This document shows, in pieces, positions 9,563 through 18,068 of a stretch of DNA of 32,000 nt. Source of the DNA: Candidatus Saccharimonadota bacterium (GTDB lineage Bacteria > Pseudomonadota > Gammaproteobacteria > Enterobacterales > Enterobacteriaceae); assembly GCF_012571795.1 (NCBI RefSeq), contig NZ_CP046222.1, forward strand, positions 30,819 to 62,818, read 5' to 3'. Both the position numbers and the translations under genes were made by a program. Every line of letters begins with the position of its first letter. The first letter of the stretch is position 1. Under the pieces are notes generated by a model. It saw only the letters and a program-made list of their open reading frames with translations. It ran no database searches and had not been told where the DNA came from.

Positions 9563-10123
9563 ATGTTAAAAAAATCTTCTGTTATTATATGTGTAACAGA
9601 TGGTATAGAAGATATAGAAACTATAACATGTATAGATATACTTACACGAAGCAATATCAATGTATTAGTAGCAAGTACTACTAAAAAATATAATATTAGA
9701 TGTGCTTATGGTACTCATTTAATGAGTAATGTTTTATTAAAGGATTTAAAAATTAATAAAAATCATGCTGCAATCATCTTACCAGGAGGATTACAAGCAG
9801 CAGAACATTTTGCAACAAATAATTTATTATTATCTATTTTAAAAACATTCAAAAAAAATAAAGCTATTATAGGCGCAATATGTGCATCACCTTCTATTGT
9901 ATTAATTAAAAATAATATTTTTCCTACAGCTAAAATGACTGGATTTTTAGGATTGAAAAATTTAATACCTTATCAACAATGGTCAAAAAATTCAGTATAT
10001 TGGGATGATATAAATAAATTATTAACAGCACAAAGTGTTAAATATGCTATTTCTTTTAATTTAAAATTAATTGATATTATTTTAGGTCCTCAAATAGCAC
10101 AAAAAATACAATTATTATTGTAA
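9563..10123 (+). CDS. yajL: DJ-1/PfpI-family protein YajL (protein/nucleotide deglycase, chaperone-like)
   Basis: 186 aa. Colinear with E. coli YajL: ILPGGLQAAEHF, the nucleophile-elbow Cys in IGAICASPSIVL, MTGF, LLTAQS. GGAGA at 9548-9552 lies upstream of the ATG. Confidence 0.85.
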   Translation: MLKKSSVIICVTDGIEDIETITCIDILTRSNINVLVASTTKKYNIRCAYGTHLMSNVLLKDLKINKNHAAIILPGGLQAAEHFATNNLLLSILKTFKKNKAIIGAICASPSIVLIKNNIFPTAKMTGFLGLKNLIPYQQWSKNSVYWDDINKLLTAQSVKYAISFNLKLIDIILGPQIAQKIQLLL

Positions 10124-10223
10124 TATATGTTATATTTTTTATATTATAAGAATATATTATTTCATTATTCGTTAATTAATAAAAAAAATATTATTAATAT
10201 ATATGTCATCAATAACATACTAG

Positions 10224-10643
10224 TTATACTCTAATTTTGTTAACAATTTTATCTAAAACACCATTAATAAATTTATAACTATTATCAACTCCACCAAATA
10301 TTTTAGCTAATCCAATACTTTCATTAATAACTACTTTATATGGAATATCTAAACGATGAATTAATTCATATAATGAAAGTCGTAAAATTGCTTTTTCAAT
10401 TTGTCCTAATTCTAATAAACTTCTTGATAAAAAAGGTTTCATGATATTATCTAAATATATGCTATGTAAAATTACACCTTGAATTAATTCATTAAAATAT
10501 TCCATATCTATATGTTTGATATCTTTTATAGATTCATTTATAAAATAATATTGTATATCATTAAAATTATTATGAGATATTTGCCAAGAATAAATAGCTT
10601 GTAGGGCGTATTTACGTGCATAATATCGTTCTTTATATTTCAC
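10224..10643 (-). CDS. nusB: Transcription antitermination factor NusB
   Basis: 139 aa, the same as E. coli. ARKYALQAIYSW, LMKPFLSR-type segment, ELGQIEKAILRLSLYEL, DIPYKVVINESIGLAKIFGG, KFINGVLDK. The start codon is GTG (cac at 10641-10643 on the + strand). Confidence 0.93.
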   Translation of the reverse strand: MKYKERYYARKYALQAIYSWQISHNNFNDIQYYFINESIKDIKHIDMEYFNELIQGVILHSIYLDNIMKPFLSRSLLELGQIEKAILRLSLYELIHRLDIPYKVVINESIGLAKIFGGVDNSYKFINGVLDKIVNKIRV

Positions 10644-10654
10644 TATTTTGCCTA

Positions 10655-11137
10655 TTAATTTTTTAATAATTTTATTGATTTAAATATATTTATCATTTCT
10701 AATAATGTTAATGCAGATTCTATGCCTGGATTACCTATTTTATTATTAGATTTTTCTATAGCTAATGTTAAACTATCAGCAGTTAATATACATAATGTAA
10801 TAGGCATATTATATTTAATAGTTAAATAAGAAATTGTATTATAAATTTCTCTAGCTAAATATTTATGATGTAATGTTTGTCCTTTAATAATAGTACCAAT
10901 TGGTATTATACCATCATATATATTTTTTTGTATTAATAATTTAGTTGTTATAGATAATTCATAAACTCCTGGAACCCAAATAATAGTAATATTTTTTTTT
11001 TGTATAATACCTAATCTTTCTAATGTATCTATAACCAAATTTAATAAATTTTTATTTATACACATATTATATCTTGCTATAATTATAGCTATATAAATAT
11101 TATTTTTTGTCACTATACCTTCACTAATAATTTTCAT
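10655..11137 (-). CDS. ribH: 6,7-dimethyl-8-ribityllumazine synthase
   Basis: 160 aa. Colinear with E. coli RibE/RibH: IAIIIARYN, IWVPGVYEL, GTIIKGQTLHHKYLA, GNPGIESALTLLEMIN. It sits in the ribD-ribH-nusB order and starts 1 nt after the ribD stop. Confidence 0.93.
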   Translation of the reverse strand: MKIISEGIVTKNNIYIAIIIARYNMCINKNLLNLVIDTLERLGIIQKKNITIIWVPGVYELSITTKLLIQKNIYDGIIPIGTIIKGQTLHHKYLAREIYNTISYLTIKYNMPITLCILTADSLTLAIEKSNNKIGNPGIESALTLLEMINIFKSIKLLKN

Positions 11138-11138
11138 A

Positions 11139-12263
11139 TTATGTCCAAATTTGTGTTTTTGTTGGTCTTAAAATTAATTTTAAATCTTTAGATATCATTT
11201 TAATTTTATGAAAATTAAAATGTAATACATTATTAATATTATTAATTTTTTTTATATTACATAAATTTAATGCATTATGTCCAAATAATTTAGGTGTCAT
11301 ATAAATAATTAGTTCATTTATAAAATTATTTAAAATTAAAAATCCAGATAAAATACTTCCTGCTTCTATTAAAATATTATTAATATTCATTTTACCTAAT
11401 ATTTTAAATAAATATTTTATATCAAAATATCCCTTGTTTAATGGAACAATTATTTGTTGCACATGTTTAGGCCATATATTTATATTATATTTTGATTTAA
11501 TTAATATTATTTTTTCTGGTATAGTAATTATTTTATGAAATGGTGTAATTTTATTAGTTCTATCTAAAATAATTCTAATTGGTTGACGTAAATATTTTTT
11601 AGGATATTGACTTTTAATATTTTTTGATAATTTATGCCAATGAACTATTAAAGTCGCATTATCTTTAATAACAGTTTGACTAGTACTTAAAATAGCAGAA
11701 CTTTGTGCACGTAATTTATACACATCTTGCCTAGATTTTTTACATGATATCCATTTACTAATTCCATTACATAATGCTATTTTACCATCTAAAGATGATG
11801 CTAGTTTTAATGTTATATAAGGAACACCATATAACATTCTTTGAAAAAAACCATGATTAATTTTTTTTGCTTCTTTAGCTAAAATATTATGAGTTATTTT
11901 AATGCCAGATTTTATAAGTGTTTCTAAACCTTGTCCATTTACTTTAGGATTTGGATCTTTAGTTGCTATAACAACACGATGAACTTGTGCTTTTATTAAA
12001 GCTATACAACATGCAGGAGTATTATTGTTATAATTACATGGTTCTAAAGTAATATATACTGTTGATCCTTTAGCATTAATACCTGCCATTTTTAATGCAT
12101 AAATTTCTGCATGTGCTTTTCCTGTTTGAAAATGATAGCCGGTACCAATTATTTTATCATTTTTAACAATTACACAACCTACATTAGGATTAGGTGTAGT
12201 AGTATATATACCTATTTTAGCTAATTTTATTGCTTTCATCATATAAAAATTATCTTTTAACAC
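11139..12263 (-). CDS. ribD: Bifunctional riboflavin biosynthesis protein RibD (deaminase/reductase)
   Basis: 374 aa. PNPNVGCVIVKND, HAEIYAL, TLEPCNYNNNTPACC, KDPNPKVNGQG, YITLKLASSLDGKIA. The start is a GTG at 12263-12261, preceded by AAGGTAA (12277-12271, minus strand) with a 7-nt spacer. The resulting N-terminus parallels E. coli MQDEYYMARALKLA. Confidence 0.93.
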   Translation of the reverse strand: MLKDNFYMMKAIKLAKIGIYTTTPNPNVGCVIVKNDKIIGTGYHFQTGKAHAEIYALKMAGINAKGSTVYITLEPCNYNNNTPACCIALIKAQVHRVVIATKDPNPKVNGQGLETLIKSGIKITHNILAKEAKKINHGFFQRMLYGVPYITLKLASSLDGKIALCNGISKWISCKKSRQDVYKLRAQSSAILSTSQTVIKDNATLIVHWHKLSKNIKSQYPKKYLRQPIRIILDRTNKITPFHKIITIPEKIILIKSKYNINIWPKHVQQIIVPLNKGYFDIKYLFKILGKMNINNILIEAGSILSGFLILNNFINELIIYMTPKLFGHNALNLCNIKKINNINNVLHFNFHKIKMISKDLKLILRPTKTQIWT

Positions 12264-12270
12264 ATGTTAA

Positions 12271-12277
12271 TTACCTT
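12271..12277 (-). promoter_or_regulatory. Shine-Dalgarno sequence AAGGTAA for ribD
   Basis: ttacctt on the + strand at 12271-12277 is AAGGTAA on the minus strand, 7 nt upstream of the GTG at 12263. Confidence 0.5.
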
Positions 12278-12610
12278 ATATAAATAAAATATAAATAATA
12301 TGATAAAATATATTATAAAAAATTTAAATATTTATATAAAAAAAATGTATTTTTATATAAAATATAAATTAATAATTTTTAATATTTTATTATATATGAA
12401 CTAACAATTTATTTTTATTAAAATAACATTTTTTATTTCAATTTTTTTGATTATATATTATATAACATATAATAATTTTATTTCTTATATAACAAATATA
12501 TAAATATTATAATTTTATATATTTAATTTTAAATTAATAATCTTATGTTTTAAAAGATCAATATTAATACAAAATTAAATTTTAATTTCATTAAAATGGA
12601 TAATTTTTTT

Positions 12611-14140
12611 ATGAAAAAACAAATTATTATTTTGGATACTACATTACGTGATGGTGAACAATCATTAACATGTAGTTTGAGTACTCAAACAAAAATTGAT
12701 ATTGCATTAGCATTAGAAGATATGGGTGTTGATATAATAGAAGTTGGTTTTCCTGTGTCGTCACCAAAGGATTTTAAAACTTCTCAAAAAATATCACAAA
12801 TTATTAAAAATAGTACTATATGTGGTTTAGCACGTTGTAAAGAAAAAGATATAGATTTAGTATATGAAGCATTAAAAAAATCTAAAAATTTTAGGATACA
12901 TATTTTTTTAGCTACTTCACCTATACATATTATAACTAAATTAAAAACTAATTTAAATAATATTATAGAATGTATAACGTTTATGATTAAATATGCAAGA
13001 AGATATACTAATAATATAGAATTTTCTTGTGAAGATAGTACAAGAACACCTATTAATGATTTATGTCTCGTTATAGAAGCAGCTATTAAAGCTGGTGCTA
13101 CTACTATAAATATACCGGATACAGTAGGTTATACATTTCCAGAAGAGTATAATAATATAATATTATCTTTAAAAAATAAAATATATAATATTGATAAATG
13201 TATTATTTCTGTACATACACATAATGATTTAGGTATGGCTGTTGGAAATACTATTTCTGCAATTAATGCTGGTGCAAGACAAATTGAAGGTACTATTAAT
13301 GGTATAGGTGAAAGAGCTGGTAATTGTGCTTTAGAAGAAATTATTATGGCTTTATATACAAGAAGACATAGTTTAAATTTTTATACAAATATTAATTATA
13401 ATAAGATTGCATATACCACTAAATTAGTTAGTAAACTTTGTAATATACCATTATCTATACATAAACCAATTATTGGTGAAAATGCTTTTGCACATTCTTC
13501 AGGGATTCATCAAGATGGTATTATAAAAAATAGAGAAACGTATGAAATTTTTAATCCTAATATTATAGGTTTGAACTATAAAAAATTAAATTTAACAGCT
13601 AAATCAGGTCGGGCAGCTTTAAAATATCATATGGAATTAATGGGTTATAAAGATAATACTTATGATATTAATGTATTATATAATAATTTTATTAAATTAG
13701 CTGAAAAAAAAGGACAAATATTTAATTATGAACTTGCTTCTTTAGCTTTTAATAATAAAATTGATAATGAAATAACTTTTTATTCATTAGTAAATTTTAA
13801 TATTAAATTCCATGATAATAAAATTACTATTGTAACTATTAAATTAAAATGTGGTGATATTTTACATATTGCAACAGATCAAAACCAAGAATATTTATAT
13901 GCTATACATAAAGTAATAGAAAGAATAACTAATTATAAATTTAAAATAGTTAAATATAAGTTAGTTTCTAAAAGTTCTTCTACTAAATCAAAAAATAAAG
14001 TATTTATTCAAATAAATTATAAAGGTAATATATTTCATGGATTTAGTATATCTAATAATATTATGAAAACATCTATATTAGCTATTATTGATAGTTTAAA
14101 TCATATATGGAAATTTGAAAAAATAAATAATAATATATAA
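12611..14140 (+). CDS. leuA: 2-isopropylmalate synthase
   Basis: ORF 12596..14140. LDTTLRDGEQ, HTHNDLGMAVGN, GIGERAGN and AHSSGIHQDG are present, and a C-terminal LeuA_dimer-type domain is present but divergent. E. coli LeuA begins MSQQVIIFDTTLRDGEQ, so the second ATG (12611, MKKQIIILDTTLRDGEQ) is the likelier start. Confidence 0.94.
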   Translation: MKKQIIILDTTLRDGEQSLTCSLSTQTKIDIALALEDMGVDIIEVGFPVSSPKDFKTSQKISQIIKNSTICGLARCKEKDIDLVYEALKKSKNFRIHIFLATSPIHIITKLKTNLNNIIECITFMIKYARRYTNNIEFSCEDSTRTPINDLCLVIEAAIKAGATTINIPDTVGYTFPEEYNNIILSLKNKIYNIDKCIISVHTHNDLGMAVGNTISAINAGARQIEGTINGIGERAGNCALEEIIMALYTRRHSLNFYTNINYNKIAYTTKLVSKLCNIPLSIHKPIIGENAFAHSSGIHQDGIIKNRETYEIFNPNIIGLNYKKLNLTAKSGRAALKYHMELMGYKDNTYDINVLYNNFIKLAEKKGQIFNYELASLAFNNKIDNEITFYSLVNFNIKFHDNKITIVTIKLKCGDILHIATDQNQEYLYAIHKVIERITNYKFKIVKYKLVSKSSSTKSKNKVFIQINYKGNIFHGFSISNNIMKTSILAIIDSLNHIWKFEKINNNI

Positions 14141-14176
14141 ATCATTAATAATCATGCAAAAAATAGGTAATTATAT

Positions 14177-15268
14177 ATGAATAATACATTTAAAATAGCT
14201 ATATTACCGGGAGATGGTATAGGTCCTGAAGTCATGAAACAAGCCATTAAAGTATTAAATAAAGTTACAAAATATTTTAAAGAAAATATTATTATTAATA
14301 CATTTAAAGTTGGTGGCACTGCTATTAATACTTATAACGAACCATTGCCGAAAATTACATTACAAGGTTGTGAAGAATCTAATGCAATATTATTTGGTTC
14401 AGTAGGTGGTCCAGAATGGGAATATTTACCTTTACAAAAAAAACCAGAAACTGGTTCATTATTAAAATTAAGAAAACATTTTAATTTATTTGCTAATTTA
14501 AGACCATCTTATATTTATAAAGATTTATATTCTTTAAGCCCATTAAAAGAAGAGATTTTAATTAATGGATTTAATATTATATGTGTAAGGGAATTAACTG
14601 GAGGTATCTATTTTGGTCAACCGAAAGGTAAAATTAATAATACAAAAAATGTATATGCTTTTGATACAGAAATTTATTATATATATGAAATTGAAAGAAT
14701 TGCTAAAATTGCATTTAATATTGCTTTAACAAGACAAAAAAAAATCTGTTTAATTGATAAAGCAAATGTATTATATACATCAGTATTGTGGAGAGAAGTA
14801 TTACAAAAAATATCTCAACAATATCCAACTGTAAAATTAACATATATGTATATAGATAATGCGGTTATGCAACTAATGAAAAATCCAGCACAATTTGATG
14901 TAATACTTTGTTCTAATTTGTTTGGTGATATTATTTCAGATCAGTGTGCTATGATTAGTGGTTCAATTGGTAATTTGCCTTCTGCTAGTTTAAATAATAA
15001 TAATTTTGGGTTATATGAACCAGCTGGTGGGTCAGCACCTGATATTGCAGGTAAAAATATTGCAAATCCTATTGCTCAAATTTTATCACTTTCTATGTTA
15101 ATTGAATATAGTTTAAAAAATACGTATGTTTCACAAAATATTAATAATGCTATTATAAAAACATTAGTACAAGGTTATAGAACTCCAGATCTTGTGTGTC
15201 ATACAAAACAAGAAAAGATTGTTACAACAGAAGATATGGGGAATATAATTACAGATAATATAATATAG
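14177..15268 (+). CDS. leuB: 3-isopropylmalate dehydrogenase
   Basis: 363 aa. [47 protein letters not shown] at 14165-14168 lies 8 nt upstream of the ATG. Stop codon is TAG. Confidence 0.96.
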   Translation: MNNTFKIAILPGDGIGPEVMKQAIKVLNKVTKYFKENIIINTFKVGGTAINTYNEPLPKITLQGCEESNAILFGSVGGPEWEYLPLQKKPETGSLLKLRKHFNLFANLRPSYIYKDLYSLSPLKEEILINGFNIICVRELTGGIYFGQPKGKINNTKNVYAFDTEIYYIYEIERIAKIAFNIALTRQKKICLIDKANVLYTSVLWREVLQKISQQYPTVKLTYMYIDNAVMQLMKNPAQFDVILCSNLFGDIISDQCAMISGSIGNLPSASLNNNNFGLYEPAGGSAPDIAGKNIANPIAQILSLSMLIEYSLKNTYVSQNINNAIIKTLVQGYRTPDLVCHTKQEKIVTTEDMGNIITDNII

Positions 15269-15276
15269 GTCGAAAA

Positions 15277-16674
15277 ATGTGTAAAACATTATATGAAAAA
15301 ATATATGATAATCATCAAATTTGCATTATGGAAGATAATATTGCATTACTATATATTGATAGACATTTTATTCATGAAGTTACTTCGCCTCAAGCATTTA
15401 ATGCATTAAAAATAAAAAAACGTAAAGTTTATAGACCTGAAAAAACATTTGCTACCATGGATCATAATGTATCCACATTAGTACAAGATATTAATGTATC
15501 TAATATTAATGCAAAAAAACAAATGAAAACATTAATAAAAAATTGTAATGAATTTAATATATTATTATATGATGTATATCATCCCAATCAAGGTATTGTA
15601 CATGTAGTAGGTCCTGAACAAGGTATTACATTACCTGGAATGACAGTAGTTTGTGGTGATTCACATACTTCAACACATGGAGCATTTGGTGCTTTAGCTT
15701 TTGGTATTGGCACTTCAGAAGTAGAACATGTATTAGCAACACAAACTCTAAAACAAAATAAATTTAATAATATGTTAATTATAATTAATGGTGTAATTCC
15801 TAACAAAATTACAGCAAAAGATATCATTTTATTTATTATTAAAACAATTGGAATTAGTGGTTGTAATGGTCATGTAGTTGAATTCCAAGGTAATGTTATT
15901 AAACAATTAAGCATGGAAAGTAGAATGACTATATGTAATATGTCCATTGAAATGGGTGCAAAATCTGGATTAATAGCACCAGACGATATTACTTTAAAAT
16001 ATTTAAAAAATAAGAATTTTGTTCCAAAATATCAATATTGGCAAGATGCTAAAAAATATTGGAAAAATTTATATAGTGATAAAAATGCTTATTTTCATAA
16101 AATTTTTAATATAAATATTTCTAATATTGCTCCACAAATAACATGGGGTACTAATCCAGAACAAACAATTGGTATTGATGAAACTATTCCTTTACTAAAA
16201 AATATAAAAGATAATAATAAAAAAAAATCTGCATATAAAGCATTAAATTATATGGGGTTAGAAGAAGGTATGAAATTAACTAATTTAGAAATTAATAAGG
16301 TTTTTATTGGTTCTTGTACTAATTCCCGTATTGAAGATTTAAGAAGTATTGCCAAAATCGTATTCAATAAAAAAGTTAATAATAATGTACAAGCAATTAT
16401 TGTGCCAGGTTCACAAATAGTAAAAAAACAAGCAGAAAAAGAAGGTTTAGATAAAATTTTTCAAAATGCTGGTTTTGAATGGAGATTACCAGGATGTTCT
16501 ATGTGTTTAGCAATGAACGATGATAAATTATTACCCAAAGAACGTTGTGCTTCAACTAGTAATAGAAATTTTGAAGGACGTCAAGGTAGAAATAGCAGAA
16601 CTCATTTAGTTAGTCCAATGATGGCAGCAGCTGCTGCAATTCATGGTTATTTTGTTGATATAAGAAATTTATAA
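15277..16674 (+). CDS. leuC: 3-isopropylmalate dehydratase large subunit
   Basis: 465 aa. [13 protein letters not shown] parallels E. coli [48 protein letters not shown] and [12 protein letters not shown] are the aconitase-family Fe-S ligand contexts. Confidence 0.96.
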   Translation: MCKTLYEKIYDNHQICIMEDNIALLYIDRHFIHEVTSPQAFNALKIKKRKVYRPEKTFATMDHNVSTLVQDINVSNINAKKQMKTLIKNCNEFNILLYDVYHPNQGIVHVVGPEQGITLPGMTVVCGDSHTSTHGAFGALAFGIGTSEVEHVLATQTLKQNKFNNMLIIINGVIPNKITAKDIILFIIKTIGISGCNGHVVEFQGNVIKQLSMESRMTICNMSIEMGAKSGLIAPDDITLKYLKNKNFVPKYQYWQDAKKYWKNLYSDKNAYFHKIFNINISNIAPQITWGTNPEQTIGIDETIPLLKNIKDNNKKKSAYKALNYMGLEEGMKLTNLEINKVFIGSCTNSRIEDLRSIAKIVFNKKVNNNVQAIIVPGSQIVKKQAEKEGLDKIFQNAGFEWRLPGCSMCLAMNDDKLLPKERCASTSNRNFEGRQGRNSRTHLVSPMMAAAAAIHGYFVDIRNL

Positions 16675-16679
16675 TAAAA

Positions 16680-17282
16680 ATGAAAAATAAAAAATTAACA
16701 TATGAAGGTATTATAGCACCTTTAGATATTGCCAATATAGATACTGATGTTATTATACCTAAACAATTTTTACAAAAAAATAAAAAAAATGGTTTTGGTA
16801 TAAACTTATTTTATAATTGGAGATATTTAGATAATAATAAAACTTTAAATCCAAATTTTATTTTAAATAAAAAAATATTTAAAAATACTAGTATTTTATT
16901 AACTAGAGATAATTTTGGTTGTGGATCATCTAGAGAACATGCACCATGGGCTTTATTAGATTATGGCATTAAAGTTATCATTGCAACAAGTTATGCAGAT
17001 ATATTTTATAATAATGCTATTAATAATAAATTATTATTAATTACTTTAAATAAAAAATATATTGATCAATTATTTTATATAGTTATCCAACATCCAGGTA
17101 TTTTTTGTAAAATTGATTTAGATAAAAAATTAATTATAGTACATAAAAAATATTTTAATTTTCAAATTAATAAATTTATTTTGAATTTTATCATTAGTGA
17201 TTTAGATCAAATAGATATTACTATGAAATATTATAAAAAAATTAATATGTTTGAAAAAAAACATTATTATTTTTTTTCTTAA
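16680..17282 (+). CDS. leuD: 3-isopropylmalate dehydratase small subunit
   Basis: 200 aa. PLDIANIDTDVIIPKQFLQ and NFGCGSSREHAPWALLDYG. It starts 5 nt after the leuC stop. Confidence 0.95.
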   Translation: MKNKKLTYEGIIAPLDIANIDTDVIIPKQFLQKNKKNGFGINLFYNWRYLDNNKTLNPNFILNKKIFKNTSILLTRDNFGCGSSREHAPWALLDYGIKVIIATSYADIFYNNAINNKLLLITLNKKYIDQLFYIVIQHPGIFCKIDLDKKLIIVHKKYFNFQINKFILNFIISDLDQIDITMKYYKKINMFEKKHYYFFS

Positions 17283-17301
17283 AAAGAATGAGAATCATAA
17301 T

Positions 17302-17976
17302 ATGCGTATAATTTTATTAGGAGCTCCTGGGGTTGGTAAAGGAACACATGCTAGATTTATAGCAGAAAAATATAATTTACCTAATATTTCTATTGGCAAT
17401 ATTTTACGTCATTATATGTTAAATAACAATACTGATTTAGCTAGAGAAATTAAAAATAATATTAATAAAGGTTTAATGGTATCTGATAATATTACTATAA
17501 AAATTATAAAAGAACGTTTGTCTAATAAAGATTGTAAAAATGGATTTCTACTAGATGGTTATCCTCGTAATATAGTACAAGCTAATATATTAATTAAAGA
17601 AAATATTAATATTGATAGTGTTATTGAGTTATATATTCCTTATAATCAAATTATTACAAGAATTTTAGGAAGAAGAATACATGAATCTTCTGGACGTACT
17701 TATCACATGATATTTAATCCTCCTAAAATATATGGTAAAGATGATATTACTGGGGAAATACTTATTAGAAGACCAGATGATAATATTATTACTATTAATA
17801 ATAGATTAACAGAATACTTAAAACAAACTAAACCATTAATTAAATATTATCAAAAACAATCATTACAAAAAAAATTTTTATATAAAAAAATTAATAATAC
17901 TTTATCTATTATAGAAGTTAAAAATAAAATAGATTTTTTTTTACAACAATATATTAATAAAATAAAAAATATATAA
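17302..17976 (+). CDS. adk: Adenylate kinase
   Basis: ORF 17251..17976, trimmed to the ATG at 17302 (MRIILLGAPGVGKGT, the canonical Adk N-terminus and P-loop). LLDGYPRN and the LID segment GRRIHESSGRTYH are present. The upstream 17 codons overlap leuD and have no homology. Confidence 0.94.
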   Translation: MRIILLGAPGVGKGTHARFIAEKYNLPNISIGNILRHYMLNNNTDLAREIKNNINKGLMVSDNITIKIIKERLSNKDCKNGFLLDGYPRNIVQANILIKENINIDSVIELYIPYNQIITRILGRRIHESSGRTYHMIFNPPKIYGKDDITGEILIRRPDDNIITINNRLTEYLKQTKPLIKYYQKQSLQKKFLYKKINNTLSIIEVKNKIDFFLQQYINKIKNI

Positions 17977-18068
17977 TTTTTATATTAAAATATTGATAAT
18001 AATAGTTTATTTATATTAAATTTGTTATCATACTAAAATATCATATTAACTATATAGGTTTAAATTTA

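Noticed and set aside
10150-10170. Possible terminator hairpin (GAATA...TATTC) between the convergent yajL and nusB
   Set aside because: The stem is only 5 bp, nearly all A/T, with an 11-nt loop and mismatches on both sides. This is not distinguishable from chance in this composition.
12300-12404. 34-codon ORF in the ribD-leuA spacer, considered as a possible leu leader peptide
   Set aside because: It has no run of Leu codons and no downstream terminator or antiterminator potential. ORFs of this size arise by chance in DNA with so few stop-disrupting G/C positions.
15588-15827. 79-aa minus-strand ORF inside leuC
   Set aside because: It lies entirely antisense to the most conserved and relatively GC-richer part of leuC. 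Its Cys/Pro/Thr-rich low-complexity product has no recognisable motif and no SD. It is a typical shadow ORF.
17251-17301. 5' extension of the adk ORF that overlaps leuD by 32 nt
   Set aside because: The extension (MKKNIIIFFLKKNENHN) has no homology. The canonical Adk N-terminus MRIILLGAPGVGKGT starts at 17302. The 5' extensions of cysS (2226-2237), leuA (12596-12610) and gpmA (28905-28919) were trimmed by the same logic.
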